63,126 nucleotides of DNA, filler included, from Klebsormidium nitens (GCA_000708835.1; 8 parts of 8 records of this genome joined end to end with filler, not necessarily neighbours in it); one strand, 5' to 3'. Positions 30,272 to 43,458 are shown, numbered from the whole stretch's first letter. The notes: a model not told the origin generated them from the letters alone. Numbers and translations are program-made.

Positions 30272-32460
30272 ATGGCGGGCCTCGGCACCCGCGGACGCAG
30301 AAGGGACAACACTGGCGATCAGGGACCGGAGCAGCAGCGAGAGCACACCCCTCCTGCTTCTCCATTGGCGGATCCCCCTGACCGAGAGCCCCCTGGAGGT
30401 TCAACACCCCCAAGGAGCCTTGCAGTGGACCCCCCGGAGGATCCACTTCCTTGCGGAGAGTTCCCACCGGAGGAAGGCCTTTCCGAAGCGGAGAGACTCC
30501 GCCGGGGAAAGACACACTCAGAGGAAGCATGCCCCTCCAACCTCACCGGGACTGCACCATCAACAGAGGACTTGGTGGAACTCACCCCGGACGAGATCAC
30601 CCGCTTTGCCAAGTACCAGGAGCAGCAGGCAGCCCAACAACGCACCCGAGCCCGAGAGGGTGAGGAGCACCGCCAAGCTGAGAAACAGTGGGCCTCCTAC
30701 CAAAGGCCTGACGTCACTCACGCTGCTCGAGAGAGGCCTCCCGGACAGCACATCATGGCGCCTCCTGCCACGTCACCCGCGCCAAGAGTTGCAAGGGGAC
30801 AAGCTGCTCCGCGACCAGCATCACCCGAGCACCATGCGTCATTGACTTTCAACCAGGCCAGCACTCCACCGCGAGCGCCTCCTACTTACGCTCACGCCAA
30901 TGGCAAGAACGGGGCGCCTGAAGGACCTCGCCCCGCGCCGTACCAGCAGCCTAACTTTCCGGCGCCCGCTTACGTCAGACCCCATCAGGAGGCCCCACCT
31001 GCCATGGCGCCTGCGTTCCAAGCTGGCCAGTTTGGGGCCTACCCATCTGCTAACCAGCCGAACATGGAGTTTTCCGGAGGGAGCCCCCACGCGGCCGCAT
31101 CAGCGCCACCGCCGGCACCAGCACCACCCTTTGCCACGTCATCACCGGTGGGCCCAGGCTACCAACCGTACCCGAACCACGCTGCACCTTCTGCTGGCCC
31201 CCAATACCAGCCGCCAGGGCACTATCATCCGTACGGCGTTCCGTTGAACCAAGGCGCGTTCAACCCGACCGCGGCGCCACCGGGCCAATATGGCCAAAAT
31301 GGCGGACCACCTGTGCCCCCACCTGGCGCACCCTCAGCTTCGTTGTCGCTGTTTTACACCGGCCCCGGCTACACCGCCACGCAGGCGCCCTACCAGCAGC
31401 CCTTCCCGGCGGGCGCGCCCTACCCGGCCACCGGTCCGTATGGCGCCCCACAACACCCTCCAACGGACAGCCGGAATGGCGCGTACATCTACGCCCCCAC
31501 CGGAATCTACAGCCACGGACCCGGTGCTCAGTACAGCGGCCTCCCGGGACTGCAGGCGATGTACGGCCCTCCGATTCCCAGCTATGGCCCGGCGCCGCCA
31601 TCTGAAAACCCTCAGGCGCCGAACAAGATCTTCCAAGCGCAGAAGATCGGAAGGCCGTTCAAGGGGACCATAGAGGAGGAAGGCCGGCGCGCGCGAGACT
31701 TCATCTCGCAATTCGAGATGACGAGGCGGGCGACGCCAGGTCTCACCAACGCACAACTCGTCACCACAGCCATCGCCAACTTACAAGACGCAGCGGAATC
31801 CTGGTACTTCACCGAGGACACCAAGTATTACCAGCTCGCGGGCGCTAACTTGGTGGACGACTGGGAAAGCTTCAAGCGACTGTTTTTACAGCGCTACGGG
31901 AAGGTCAACTCATCACATTCGAGGCCAACATCAATGCCGAGAACGTGAAGATCACCATCTTCATCAACGCTCTCAGCGAGCCGCTGAAGTCGCAAGTCAA
32001 CACTCGCATGCCCGCAACCCTGGAGCAGGCGATCGTGGACGCGGAGTTCCTCAACTATCGCGTCAAGTCGCAAGACTTAGCCGCCGAGGCCACATCCAAC
32101 GAAGCGAAGAACCGCAAACCGAAGGAACCGGTGGAGGAGAAGCCGAAGCGCGCCCCGCGAGCTATGGTGCGCTCGGTTGAAGACCCCCCACCGTTGGAGC
32201 CAAAGTCCACCGAGACAGAGGCTGAAGGACCCCGCCACGTCAGCACTGATCGACAGCAACCGGACCGCGGCTACAACCGCGACAACCGAGGCAGTGACGG
32301 TCGGTACAACAACAACCGGGCCAACCCGAACGGAAGCCGCCCAGCATGGAATGGTCAGCGCCGCAACGAGGGCAAGCCGCGGCTCTGCTATGGCTGCGGC
32401 AAGCCCGGCCACCTTCGCCGGGAGTGTCCTCATTCCTCCGATCAGAAGGGCGCGAACCTC
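30272..32460 (+). pseudogene. gag: Gag: P/Y/Q/G-rich N-terminus, capsid, CCHC knuckle; frameshift or deletion near 31905
   Basis: ARDFISQFE..AIANLQDAAESWY..WESFKRLFLQRY | IFINALSEPLKSQV..PATLEQAI; CYGCGKPGHLRREC. Confidence 0.88.
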
Positions 32461-33149
32461 ATCGAAGGAGAGTGCCCCTGCCGCACGTGCCACGAAGAGG
32501 GGGACGATTACCCCCACGACTACGATCCGTACGACGACCTTTCCGACTCTGCGCCGGATTTGGAGTCGCCAGCTTCTGTCAACACTGTCTCCGCCCCTTG
32601 CGACGGCGCCGACAGCTTGGAGCTGGCTTCTGACGACACGGTCCATGACGCTCACCTTGCCGAGGTTTACGCCGCCGAGGAGGTCGCTGACGAAGTCCGA
32701 CGCTTCCTCCCGGCCCAACGCCAGCCTTTTCCTATCAACTTGGGACCGGTTCTTCCACCAGCTCCACACGGAAACAACCCGCTCGCGGTGAGCGCTAAAG
32801 CGACCCCGCCGCAACGACCAGCGAACCCCCCCCCGAAAGCACCGGTTCCCCCCATGGGCGAACCAACCGGAGACGTGGGCGGGCAGGCATCTTCGCAAGC
32901 CTACGTGACGAACCGACCGACTGTTCAGGGAAGCTTTCCCCTAGATTGGGTGCCTATGACGGTCGCCGTACGACACGGCAGCCCCCAGTTGGTACGAGAC
33001 CTCCAGACGACGGTACGGAAGGCCCTTCAAACTCTGAAGCGCCCCGCCGGGCCGCGTCCTTCCCCGCTATCTGCGCCGCGCGCGGTGGAGACCGTCAACA
33101 CCATCATCACGACGTCAGCAGAATACCTAGAAGTCGACCCTGACGCCCC

Positions 33150-36100
33150 CCGACGCTCAATCGCGAAGGTGGCTGCGAAAATGGGAGGGGTTGACGGCCA
33201 CCGGAAGATTGCCTGGTTGGACAGTGGCGCCAACGTCGACATGATGAGCGCAGACCAGGACTGGAGGCGCAACTCATCAGTGGAGGCGCGCGCTTCAACC
33301 TGGTCGATGGCGCGGACTGCACTGGCATCGGACGCGTGGACGCGATCGTTGGCTTCGGACGCTACCTCAACGTCCGCACCCGCTTCATCGTGGCGGAAGG
33401 CTTTCGCTACCCGATTCTCTAGGCGTTGGCACGCCGCGCGCCATGTTTGGCGTCATCGACTACTCGACGGACCTCTTCCGGTTCAAGCTTCCTCAGACGC
33501 GAGCGTGGCGCTCACTTCCGCTACTTGAAGTCAGCCAAGTCCAAGGCGCGCCCACCGGACTCATCTACCAGGCACCAGTGGCTCAGACCCTGACCGTCCC
33601 GGTGGTATACCAGATCGAAGCGCCGGACCCCCCGACCGCTGACGCTGAACCAGGCGGCCCCGGAGGCGAACCCGACCCGGACGGACCACCGGTCGACTCC
33701 GCCGTGACGTCATCAGCAACCTTTACCGCGCCCCGGCTGATCTCTACAGATGGCGAGGAGCCCTCGAACGACAGCTCAGACGACCCTTCGTCCGACTTTT
33801 CCGAAACATCAGCAAGCACCCCAACCGCATCTCCGACGGACAGCTCTAGCGGCAGCTCGTCGTCAACTCATCCTGACGTCATCATGACGGGCCAAAGCGC
33901 AACGGAGGGCACCCCTGACGTCATCCCCGACCCACCGACTGAAGGACCTCCGACTACAGGCAAGCCGATTACTCGCGCCATCTTGCTACGCACCTTGGCG
34001 GAAGCTCGACGCCTGCTTCGTTTCTGTCTTGAACGCGAGCTGCTTCCACGCGCCCGCGTCGCCATGTTGGCTCAACTCTACACGGAGGGTTTTGAACATC
34101 ACAACTACGGGGAGATGCTACACCCGGTGGACGAAGCAAACGAAGCCCTCCTGCCAATCGCCACTCGCCGGCGGCGCGGCTTTCAATTCGTCAACCTCAC
34201 CGAGGCTGAGGAGCAGAACTTTTCGGAATCCTTCCGAGCAGCAGACGCAATGCCGGTGGTCAACGCTACGGTGGTTCCCCCACCACCCGCCGCCAATGCT
34301 GACGGCAGCGACGCCGAGCGGCGTGCCCACCGGGAGGCGGTCCGACCACAAATCCGCCTGGCGGACAACTTGGACACCGGCCAGCGCGAGCAAGTGATGA
34401 CCCTTCTGGAGAAACACGCGCTCATCGTTTCCAGGGACCCCACCGACTTGGGCCTCGTGCAGGGCTTCTTCCACCACATCAACACCGGCGACTCCAAGCC
34501 CGTCAAGATGCAACCTTACCGCCAAAGCTTCGCGGAAGAGGCGGAGATCGACAAGCAAGTGGGTCCCATGGAAGCGTGCGGCGTTGTCCAGCCCAGCGCG
34601 AGCCCCTTCGCCGCTGCCGTGGTGCTCGCGCGAAAGAAGAACGGCAAATGGCGATTCTGCGTCAACTTCCGCGGTCTCAACAAAGTGACAGTTCCCGACA
34701 ACTACCCCCTGCCGCAAATCAATGCCATCTTCGACCAGCTGGGCAACTCGCGCTACTTCACCATGCTGGACGCGCAATCCGGCTACTGGCAGATACCCAT
34801 GGCGCCAGAGGACATCCACAAGACAGCATTCATCACTCACTGCGGCTTGCGCGAATTCGTCCGCATGCCTTTCGGTCTCACCGGCGCGCCCGCGACCTAC
34901 CAACGCGTGATGGACATCACGCTCAGCGACGAAATTCACGGACCAGACCCAGTGGCAACCCAGTACCTGGACGACACGTGCGTTCACACCGAAGCCTGGG
35001 ACAAGCACTTAGAAGCCTTGGACGCAATCCTCACCAAGCTGGCCGCCATCAACCTCAAGCTCTGCCCAACAAAATGCCTGTTCGGCGCGAGCGAGGCCGA
35101 GCATCTCGGACACATTGTCCGCGAGAACCAGCTTTTGCCAGACCCTGAAAAGGTGAAGGCCGTAGCCAGCTGGATGACGCCGATCAACGTCTCCGAAGTG
35201 CGCGCATTTTTGGGAATGGTGGGCTACTACCGGCACTTCGTCGCGAATTTCTCCCGCATGGCGAAACCGCTTCACCACTTGACTAAACTCGGAACAGCGT
35301 TTGAGTGGAGCCCCGAACAAGCGCGCGCGTTTGCGGCGCTCAAAAAGGCGCTCTGCACAGCCCCCATCTTGGTGCGACCCAATCCGGTGAAGCCGTTCAT
35401 CGTCGACACCGACTACAGCACCGACGGAATCGGCGCCGCTCTCAGCCAGGTGGACGACGACGGAAAAGAACACCCAATCGCGTTCGCCTCCCGGTCGCTT
35501 CATGGCGCCGAAGTCAACTACTCCACAACGGACGGCGAACTTCTGGCGATGGTGTGGGCGATTTCCGTCAAGTTCCGACCCTACCTTTACGGCGGGCCCA
35601 CCTTCACCTGTCGAGTGGACCACAATCCGCTGATCTACTTACATCAGCAGCGGAACCTTACCGGGCGACTGGCACGCTGGCACATGAAACTCATGGAGTA
35701 CAACTTCACAGTTGTACACCGCGCGGGGCGCATTCACAGCAACGTAGACCCGCTAAGCCGGCACCCACTCCACGACCCACCAGAGGAGGACTGGGACGAC
35801 CTACCCGCTTATGCCAGCTTCCCATCAGCCGACCTGCCAACCGGAGAAGCTCCCACCGTGCTCAACATCACGCGCTCGCGCCAACGCGCGATTGCGCCCC
35901 CGCTGTCCGAGAGGCGCGAGTGTTTCAACCGCTCGCGACCCGGCCACTTCTCTCCGGTGTGCCCTACGCGCGCACAACGGCTCAACACAGCGGCTTTGCC
36001 TGAAGTCAACATGATCCTGGCGGACGACTTGGCCCCCGACTGGCTGCCATCATTCGAGACGGCTTGCGCGGCACCACCTCTACCGGAATGGGAACCTGAT

Positions 36101-36616
36101 GTCATCCCACTCGACGTCTTCTCCACCTACCAACCCAACTTTGACGGCGAACTAGTGGAAATTGCTCCGACAGTCAACTACTGCGAGCCCAGTACCGACT
36201 GGTGGAAAAGCCGAACCCCCTCCCCCCCACCCGCTGATCAACCCGGCACTCCACCACTCGTTTGTACAATTGACCGAGCCCGGGACGTCTCGGAATTGCA
36301 AGGGGACAGAGGTGTTCCCACCATACGCTATGAGGACTGGGCCCGCCAGCACCCGTCCGTTCCGTACGTCGAGAAGGAGCCCTCACCAAAGCCAGCAACA
36401 GTACTGAACGGAGCTGTGGCGATTCCTATCGACTGTGGGCCGCCCAGCACCCAGACTTCGCGCTTCAGAAGCACGCGAAGGTGCCATACGCGACTCCAGA
36501 CGCGGCCCCGCAGAAGGCAGCCCGGAAGGAGCGGAACAACCTCTACCAACGGAGCCAACAGCCGCATCAGCGGAGCCCTTGAGGGAGCCTACCGAGGCAA
36601 CGGCGGAACAACCTGA
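33150..36616 (+). pseudogene. pol: Pol: aspartic protease (two frameshifts near 33258 and 33420), RT, RNase H
   Basis: AWLDSGANVDMM; KKNGKWRFCVNFRGLNK, LDAQSGYWQI, RMPFGL, YLDD; RNase H VDTDYS.DGIGAALSQ...YSTTDGELLA...DHNPL...DPLSR. Confidence 0.93.
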
Positions 36617-38195
36617 CCCAGACGAAGAAACGGAGGCATGCTTAGCGCTAGCTGCACTCGCAGCAGACGAACAGCCTCATCCTCAGCCTCAGCATCAGCC
36701 TCTCCCGGCGCAGCCCCCGGAGACTATCAACATTGGGGAAAAGCGTAACCTAACGGAGACCGAAGGCGATCAACCGGAGCTCCCGACTAAGCGCTTGCCG
36801 CTGGAGGACCGCACAGCGCTGGCCGTGACGTCACCACCGGAGGCCGAACCACCGAGCCCCGCTGAGCCGTCCCTCGCGCTGACGTCAGCATCATCCGAGC
36901 CAACAGAACAAGAGCCTGATCTGAGGCTAGACGAAGTGAAGCTGCTGGACACTCAACTTGTTTTGAAATTTTTAGACGAGCCTTCCAGGGGAACTATGTG
37001 AAGCCCACGAGGAGGCAAAGAAGTTGCTGCCAGCACCCCCAGCCTTCCTCGACTTAGACGCGCTGACGGAAGCCAAAATGGCGGATTGGAGTCGAGCAGC
37101 ACGGTTCCACCGCAACGGAGGGGACGACAGTTTGGTGCGAGCCGCTACCCTCTGCGAACGAGTGGCCCTCACGCTTGTTCAACAGGATCCGAACCTGACG
37201 GCGGCCGACGTTCTCGAGCGAGTGAACTCCACCGTTTAGCATCTTCGGCAGGGCCTGCAAAAGGAGATTGAGCTTTCGAAGAACGTACGAGCGGAACCAA
37301 CAGAGGCCGCGGTGGTCCCCCTGCCCACTCTGGAGTTGGACAACCCCCCACCGTTCGACTTGGCCAGCTTTCCAACTCCTGACCCGCTGAAGTACGTCAT
37401 CGGAGACCCTGACGTGGCATACTACTTCAAAACTAGCTGCCTCCCCGCCTTCCACGGAGAGCCGGTTGAGAGGAGGAAGGACCTCCGGCGCCAGATCCGC
37501 GACCGGTCCAAAATGTACCACATGGAGGGCGAGCGGCTCTACCGGCTAGCTTCCCCGAAGGCGCAACCAAATCAACCACCACCTCCCAGCGTCATCCGAA
37601 GGCCAGTACTCACCAAACCGGAGGCCGACTCGGTGNNNNNNNNNNNNNNNNNNNNNNNNNNNNNNNNNNNNNNNNNNNNTTAATTAATTAANNNNNNNNN
37701 NNNNNNNNNNNNNNNNNNNNNNNNNNNNNNNNNNNCAGTTAACGGCATGAGTGCGGCACTGGAGATGCCTGGTCGGCATGAGTGCGGCACCTGGTCGGTT
37801 CATTGGAAATTTTGCGATGTCGTCGAAGTACAGCACACCGGTTCTTTGGTTGCAGATCACGTCTTTCCGTGTCATGTGGTCAAGGTGGGACCTGCAGAGT
37901 TTGTTGCAGATCAGTTGGTGTACATAATTCGAAATAGACCCCCCATCGCGCATAATGATACCAAAAAGATGAACGAAGTCAAAAGAGAACGGGCCATAGA
38001 GCTTACGTGGATGACGAAAAGTTGGTAGCCTTGGTTGTCGGGGGTGCTTTCACGGCTTCTCGTGTCACGCAGTCGATATGGGAACTGCAAAAAAGGGATC
38101 CTTGATCAGAGGTGTACACAATACGAAAAGACTCCCATTAGCATGATGGTACCAAAAAAATGAACGAAGTCATAGACAACGGAAGCCGTATGATC

Positions 38196-41100
38196 TTACC
38201 GGGATGACGTAGCCTCCGTGGTCTGGAACACATTCACGGCTTGCTTTCTCGCAGCCAGGCGTTTCCAAATGTTCGACTCCAACGCCTCCAGTCTGGCCGT
38301 GTCCGAGATCACCGGGAGCACTGGACAGATGCGCGACGCTGCATGCGCGCTGCTTCCGCCGATCTCCTCCGTCCGGATGACGAGGCACCGTCTCAAGTAA
38401 GGCTCCGCCTGCTCACCGCTACCGAGCAAGTTCAGACATTCCCCGACCTCCTCCAGCGCATCGGCCAGAGCGAGTTTACCCTCCCGAGTCATCAACGTCA
38501 TTTCCTTGACATCGAGGGCTCTCTGAAAGAGGTGCAATGCTTCCTCATATCGGCTGAGCCTCAAGGCTTCCTCCTTCTCCTTCTTCGTGATCACACACAC
38601 GGTGCGCGCTAGGTTTGCCGCTGCCAGTCCGGTTTCCTCATGCTCCATACCGAGCGCAGTTTCAGCAATCGCCAGCGCTCGACGTTGGATCGGCTCAGCC
38701 TCCTTGTCCCGATTCAGGTAGTACAGACAGACCCCGATATCACCTAGTGTCAACACCTTCTCAATGTCACTCTCCACCTTCGTCAAAATGTTTTGGTAGT
38801 GCCCCAAAGCCGCTGTGTATTCCTCCATACCATAGAGTTTATCCGCCTTGTCCCGATCTGCCTGATACGGAGGCTGAGACACCCCATCCTGCAAAGGTTG
38901 GAAAGACATTAGCATGATGAAGTAATTAAGGCGATTATGGCAATAACTACTGAGGAACAAAGTGAGTTCTACTGACGTGGCACTCTGATTGGAGGTTTTA
39001 GGGACGTTGACAACGCACCAGACCGCCGGGAAGAAGCCTCTGCACAGCCCCCCCATCATATTGCGCATGCCTTGCAAAATCCTTGAGAGACATAGAAGGC
39101 TGTGTGCCCCCTGCAAAAATGACAAGAAAAAACTTATTGAGGAAAGCCCCAGAACAATGGCCACTCGCGCGAAGCAACAACAATGATCATTTGCATGACA
39201 CGTGTCGGTCGTAGGAAAAAGGAGGGTGGGGGTGCTTTCTTACCACAGTCATAGCATGCACATCTGATTCTGCTCTTGTTGTACTTGTTCGCAAACAACA
39301 CTCCCGGGTATCCGTTACAAATAACATCGCACGCATCGCGCTCCTCCCCCACGCCCAGTCTACGGCAAAGCTCAGCAGCCAAGTCCCAATAATCCCTCAA
39401 GTCGTTGCCTGGCATCACCGGTTCTAATAAGCTCTGTGCCTCCTCCAGAGTTTGCCTACGAGCCTCGGCTGTAAGGGCGAACGCCTTATGAGAAAGGGTA
39501 TTAGCGAGGTTGTAGATATCCTCTGCTTCAACCCCTTCACCCGTTTTTTCCCTCTCTTGCAAGCACGACCGAAACGAGGATTCGGCAGCAACGAACCGAT
39601 CCTGTGCAAAGAGAGTGCATCCAAGGTCCTTGTAGCTATCAGCAAGCTCCTTGCTCGGCGACGAAGGCAACAATAGGAAGACGGCATCCCTGAACCCCGC
39701 CTCTGCCTCCACATACAATCTCTTTTTGTATAAACTCTCTGATTCCGTATGAAGTTGCCTGAGAAGGCTGCGGCTAGGTCGTGGGGCCGGGGCCGGCATG
39801 TGGGGCTGGGGTTGGTCCTGGGGCTGTGGGACCGCGACCGGCAANNNNNNNNNNNNNNNNNNNNNNNNNNNNNNNNNNNNNNNNNNNNNNNNNNNNNNNN
39901 NNNNNNNNNNNNNNNNNNNNNNNNNNNNNNNNNNNNNNNNNNNNNNNNNNNNNNNNNNNNNNNNNNNNNNNNNNNNNNNNNNNNNNNNNNNNNNNNNNNN
40001 NNNNNNNNNNNNNNNNNNNNNNNNNNNNNNNNNNNNNNNNNNNNNNNNNNNNNNNNNNNNNNNNNNNNNNNNNNNNNNNNNNNNNNNNNNNNNNNNNNNN
40101 NNNNNNNNNNNNNNNNNNNNNNNNNNNNNNNNNNNNNNNNNNNNNNNNNNNNNNNNNNNNNNNNNNNNNNNNNNNNNNNNNNNNNNNNNNNNNNNNNNNN
40201 NNNNNNNNNNNNNNNNNNNNNNNNNNNNNNNNNNNNNNNNNNNNNNNNNNNNNNNNNNNNNNNNNNNNNNNNNNNNNNNNNNNNNNNNNNNNNNNNNNNN
40301 NNNNNNNNNNNNNNNNNNNNNNNNNNNNNNNNNNNNNNNNNNNNNNNNNNNNNNNNNNNNNNNNNNNNNNNNNNNNNNNNNNNNNNNNNNNNNNNNNNNN
40401 NNNNNNNNNNNNNNNNNNNNNNNNNNNNNNNNNNNNNNNNNNNNNNNNNNNNNNNNNNNNNNNNNNNNNNNNNNNNNNNNNNNNNNNNNNNNNNNNNNNN
40501 NNNNNNNNNNNNNNNNNNNNNNNNNNNNNNNNNNNNNNNNNNNNNNNNNNNNNNNNNNNNNNNNNNNNNNNNNNNNNNNNNNNNNNNNNNNNNNNNNNNN
40601 NNNNNNNNNNNNNNNNNNNNNNNNNNNNNNNNCCCGGGGCCAACAAGGGAGCCTGGGGCTGGGGCTGTGGGGCCGGGGGCTGCTTGAACCGACGCCAGGC
40701 TTGTTGCACTTTACGGGCGGCGGCGGTCAACCGCAGGAGGAAGGGGGAACGGAAAGGGGCTGGAAGTGGGCCCCCAAAACCCCTCCTTGCAAATAGTCTA
40801 TCCCTCTCTATCCCCATCAACTCATCCGGAATACGTACCGCTTCGAAGTCCTCGAAAGATGCTCCATATGGCAGACCGAAGGTCTCTCGTAGGAGGCGCT
40901 CCTTGACAAAGTAACAGCAGTAGACGAGGCATTCTCTCTCCCCGAACTGGTGACGGGTCCTTGCCGAAATCACCTCACAGCCAGTCTCACTCTCTACCCA
41001 CGCACGCATATCTGGATCCAACCCCACACCATAGCTGTCGAAGTACTCAGCCCTCTTGGTATCTAGGTCAATGAGTAAAAACGCATAGTGATTCTTGAGA

Positions 41101-42426
41101 TGGAACCACCCCCCCATGTAGCGTTCCCCCCCCCACTTTCTCTTCCCCTTGCAAAGCTTGTTTGCTAAACTGTCGTGCTCAGGTTCCAGATTGCCCAGGG
41201 AGTAGAATGAGGGGATTCTGTCTTGCAAGAGGCGCAGGAACGGGAGTAGAAGATCAAATGACGACAACCAGGCTCCAGGGTCTCGTCTATGTTTTAACCG
41301 GAAAGCAGTCAACTCTTGCTCCCAAGACGCCATCCATTGGTCCGCGACGGCAGCGGGACAGAGGGCAGGCTGCCCGGTTAGGCCGAGTTGTGCAGGGGGG
41401 GTCTCTAGGGCCGGCTCGACGGGTTGGGCGGGGGGCACCTGGGCGACTTTGTCCTCTCGGGCCTGGTAGAGCTGGGCCAGGGGCGCCTGGCCCAGACCTG
41501 CCTCCCGGGCCGGCTGGACGGGGGGGGCGGAGGGCGCCTGGGCGACTTCATCCTCTGGGGCCCGCTGGACGGGTTGGGCTGCGGCCTCAGCCAATTCGTC
41601 CTCTGGGGGGCGCTGGACGGGTTGGGCTGCGGCCTCAGCCAATTCGTCCTCTGGGGGGCGCTGGACGGGTTGGGCTGCGGCCTCAGCCAATTCGTCCTCT
41701 GGGGGGCGCTGGACGGGTTGGGCTGCGGCCTCAGCCAATTCGTCATCTGGGGCAGGCTGGGCGGGGTGCTCAGGGGACACCTGGACAGCGTGCTCAGCTT
41801 CTCGAACTGGTATTACAATCGCCCCCTGCTCAATTGTTTGGGGAGAGCACGGACAGTCTTGAGTCCGATTGCGCTTTCCTGCAAAAACGATGTAGAAAGA
41901 CAATCTCAGACCTTGCATCGAGAAAAAGCATGCAGCAAGTACAATCTGTTGCGATTTGGGACGAATTGAAAGGCTCAGCGAGTAACTTACTAGGTGGCTG
42001 TCGTGAGACTTTAAACAGCCCCCCCGCTTTGGACGTGAAAACTCGTGCAAAGTCTTGGACAATATAGGGGCCTGGGCCCATGAATGTGGCAAGGGCCGGA
42101 CCTGCGTCGGGGGCGGATGCGCCTGGGAATGTAGTTACTGTAGAGGGGCCAGGGGCATGAGCTGGGCCGGAGGAAGGACCAGCTGGGGCAGGGCCTGAAG
42201 CGGGGGCAGGGGCTGGGATATCAGCGAGGGCAGTGGTGGGGGCTGGGCCTGGAGGGGAGGCTGGGGCTGGAACCGGATTGAGGTCTGGGGTGGGAGCTGG
42301 TCCAGGGGCTGGGGTTCCTGGGATCCTAGATTCCTGGGACTTCAGAGCCGAGTCTGCTGAGGGGCCTTGGTCTGGGGCCCCGGGGCCTGGGACTACAGCT
42401 GGACCTGGGAGACGGTAAGTTGTCAT
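38196..42426 (-). CDS. Predicted spliced gene: Pro-rich N-terminus, 16-aa repeats, clan CE (Ulp1/adenain-like) cysteine protease, PQ linker, TPR repeats
   Basis: ATG 42426; phase-1 intron 41990-41879 restores the frame; NHYAFLLID..EYFDSYG..HQFGERECLVYCCYFV gives H-D-Q-C. PQ-rich sequence on both sides of gap 39845-40632. TPR ORFs 39134-39844 and 38196-38890 (AEPIQRRALAIAETALGMEHEETGLAAANLA). The protease-TPR fusion across the gap is inferred. Confidence 0.6.
41545..41760 (-). repeat. 48-bp coding tandem repeat (PPEDELAEAAAQPVQR, about 4 copies)
   Basis: Direct repeats visible in both DNA and translation. Confidence 0.9.
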
Positions 42427-43335
42427 TCAGTCGCGAAGTTCTGCAAGGTCCCAGCGAATTTTCAGCGCATTCATATCATTGACATGTGCAGATGAATATG
42501 CATCGTACATACTCCCAAAGAAGAGATTCAGCTTACCTCCCAAACCATGGGGCCCCTGTCTACATATCTCAGAAACAGCCCGCTGTTTCCCCTCTGCTTC
42601 ACAATGTGCTACTCGTGCCTTCTCCACTGCCACCCGTAGTGTCTCCTCTGCTGCCTGTAAGTCCTCCCTTGCACACTGTGCCTTCTCCGCTGCTGCCCGT
42701 AGTGTTTCCTCTGCTGCCTCTAGTGCCTCCCTTGCACACCACAGTGCCGCCTCTGCTGCATGTGCCTCTTCTTGCACCCCATTTGCAATATCTTGTTTGA
42801 TGGCCGCCTGTCTCTTTGCATCTGTTAGTTTGTCTATGAAACACAGTTCTGCGTCTCGTCTCTTCAACTGCTCAGTCAACTGGAGGACTGCATCCTCTCC
42901 TTCTTGCCTATATTTGCTCAGATCTTCAAGTGGCGTGGTTTCGTCCAATCTCTGTCTCTTACTTGACCCCCCTTGACATTCTGCCTTCCGTTTACTTGTC
43001 ACACATGTATACAACCTCGTATACTCCGTCTCTAGAGCTTGGAAGTATTGCTGGTAGCGCCTACCAACTTCACCTTTTGCCTGAATGGCCAACATCTCAA
43101 AGCGGGACCGGGACAAAGAGTATTTATCAGGGTTTGGGCCGCTTCCAATTTTAGCATGGCAATAATCCTTGTTCTCCACAAAAGACTCTCTCAATTTCCT
43201 TACAGCACTATCCTTACGACTGTATCCAATCCACTTATAGATGGCATCCAGGTCCACCGGGAAAGGGGATGCTTTGTCAAATATCGCTTTAGTGATGTGC
43301 TCCCCCCCATCTTCAAGGTTCGGATAGGAGACCAT
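42427..43335 (-). CDS. Second MSV199/AntA-like DNA-binding protein with coiled-coil tail
   Basis: FPVDLDAIYKWIGYSRKDSAVRKLRESFVENKDY...PDKYSLSRSRFEMLAIQAKGEVGRRYQQYF, same family as 2681-3646; first ATG 43335. Confidence 0.72.
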   Translation of the reverse strand: MVSYPNLEDGGEHITKAIFDKASPFPVDLDAIYKWIGYSRKDSAVRKLRESFVENKDYCHAKIGSGPNPDKYSLSRSRFEMLAIQAKGEVGRRYQQYFQALETEYTRLYTCVTSKRKAECQGGSSKRQRLDETTPLEDLSKYRQEGEDAVLQLTEQLKRRDAELCFIDKLTDAKRQAAIKQDIANGVQEEAHAAEAALWCAREALEAAEETLRAAAEKAQCAREDLQAAEETLRVAVEKARVAHCEAEGKQRAVSEICRQGPHGLGGKLNLFFGSMYDAYSSAHVNDMNALKIRWDLAELRD

Positions 43336-43458
43336 ACTTAACTTGCCCAAGCTCTTAGCGCTGTCGCGTTCAACAGTGAAGGACGTCCCGAGAGTGGAAA
43401 TGTCAAGGATCTTCTGAAGGGACCCTGAAATAGATCGGAATTGCGGTAAGCGGAAGTA

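Larger units (their letters stand above)
29927..37635 (+). mobile_element. Decayed Ty3/Gypsy LTR retrotransposon (partial 5' LTR, PBS, gag, PR, RT, RNase H; integrase lies beyond the contig end)
   Basis: Gag-PR-RT-RH order, pre-integrase segment MYHMEGERLYR at the contig end, several frameshifts and stops. Confidence 0.93.

Noticed and set aside
31900-31950. Programmed ribosomal frameshift in gag
   Set aside because: It falls mid-capsid, seems to delete part of the domain, has no obvious slippery heptamer, and further frameshifts and stops show decay.
37736-38190. Short direct repeats (about 45 bp at 37950 and 38141) as element ends
   Set aside because: Imperfect, only two copies, and no associated coding or terminal signature.
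39749-40914. Long ORFs made mostly of X, also at 14288-14943
   Set aside because: Artefacts of translating through N gaps.
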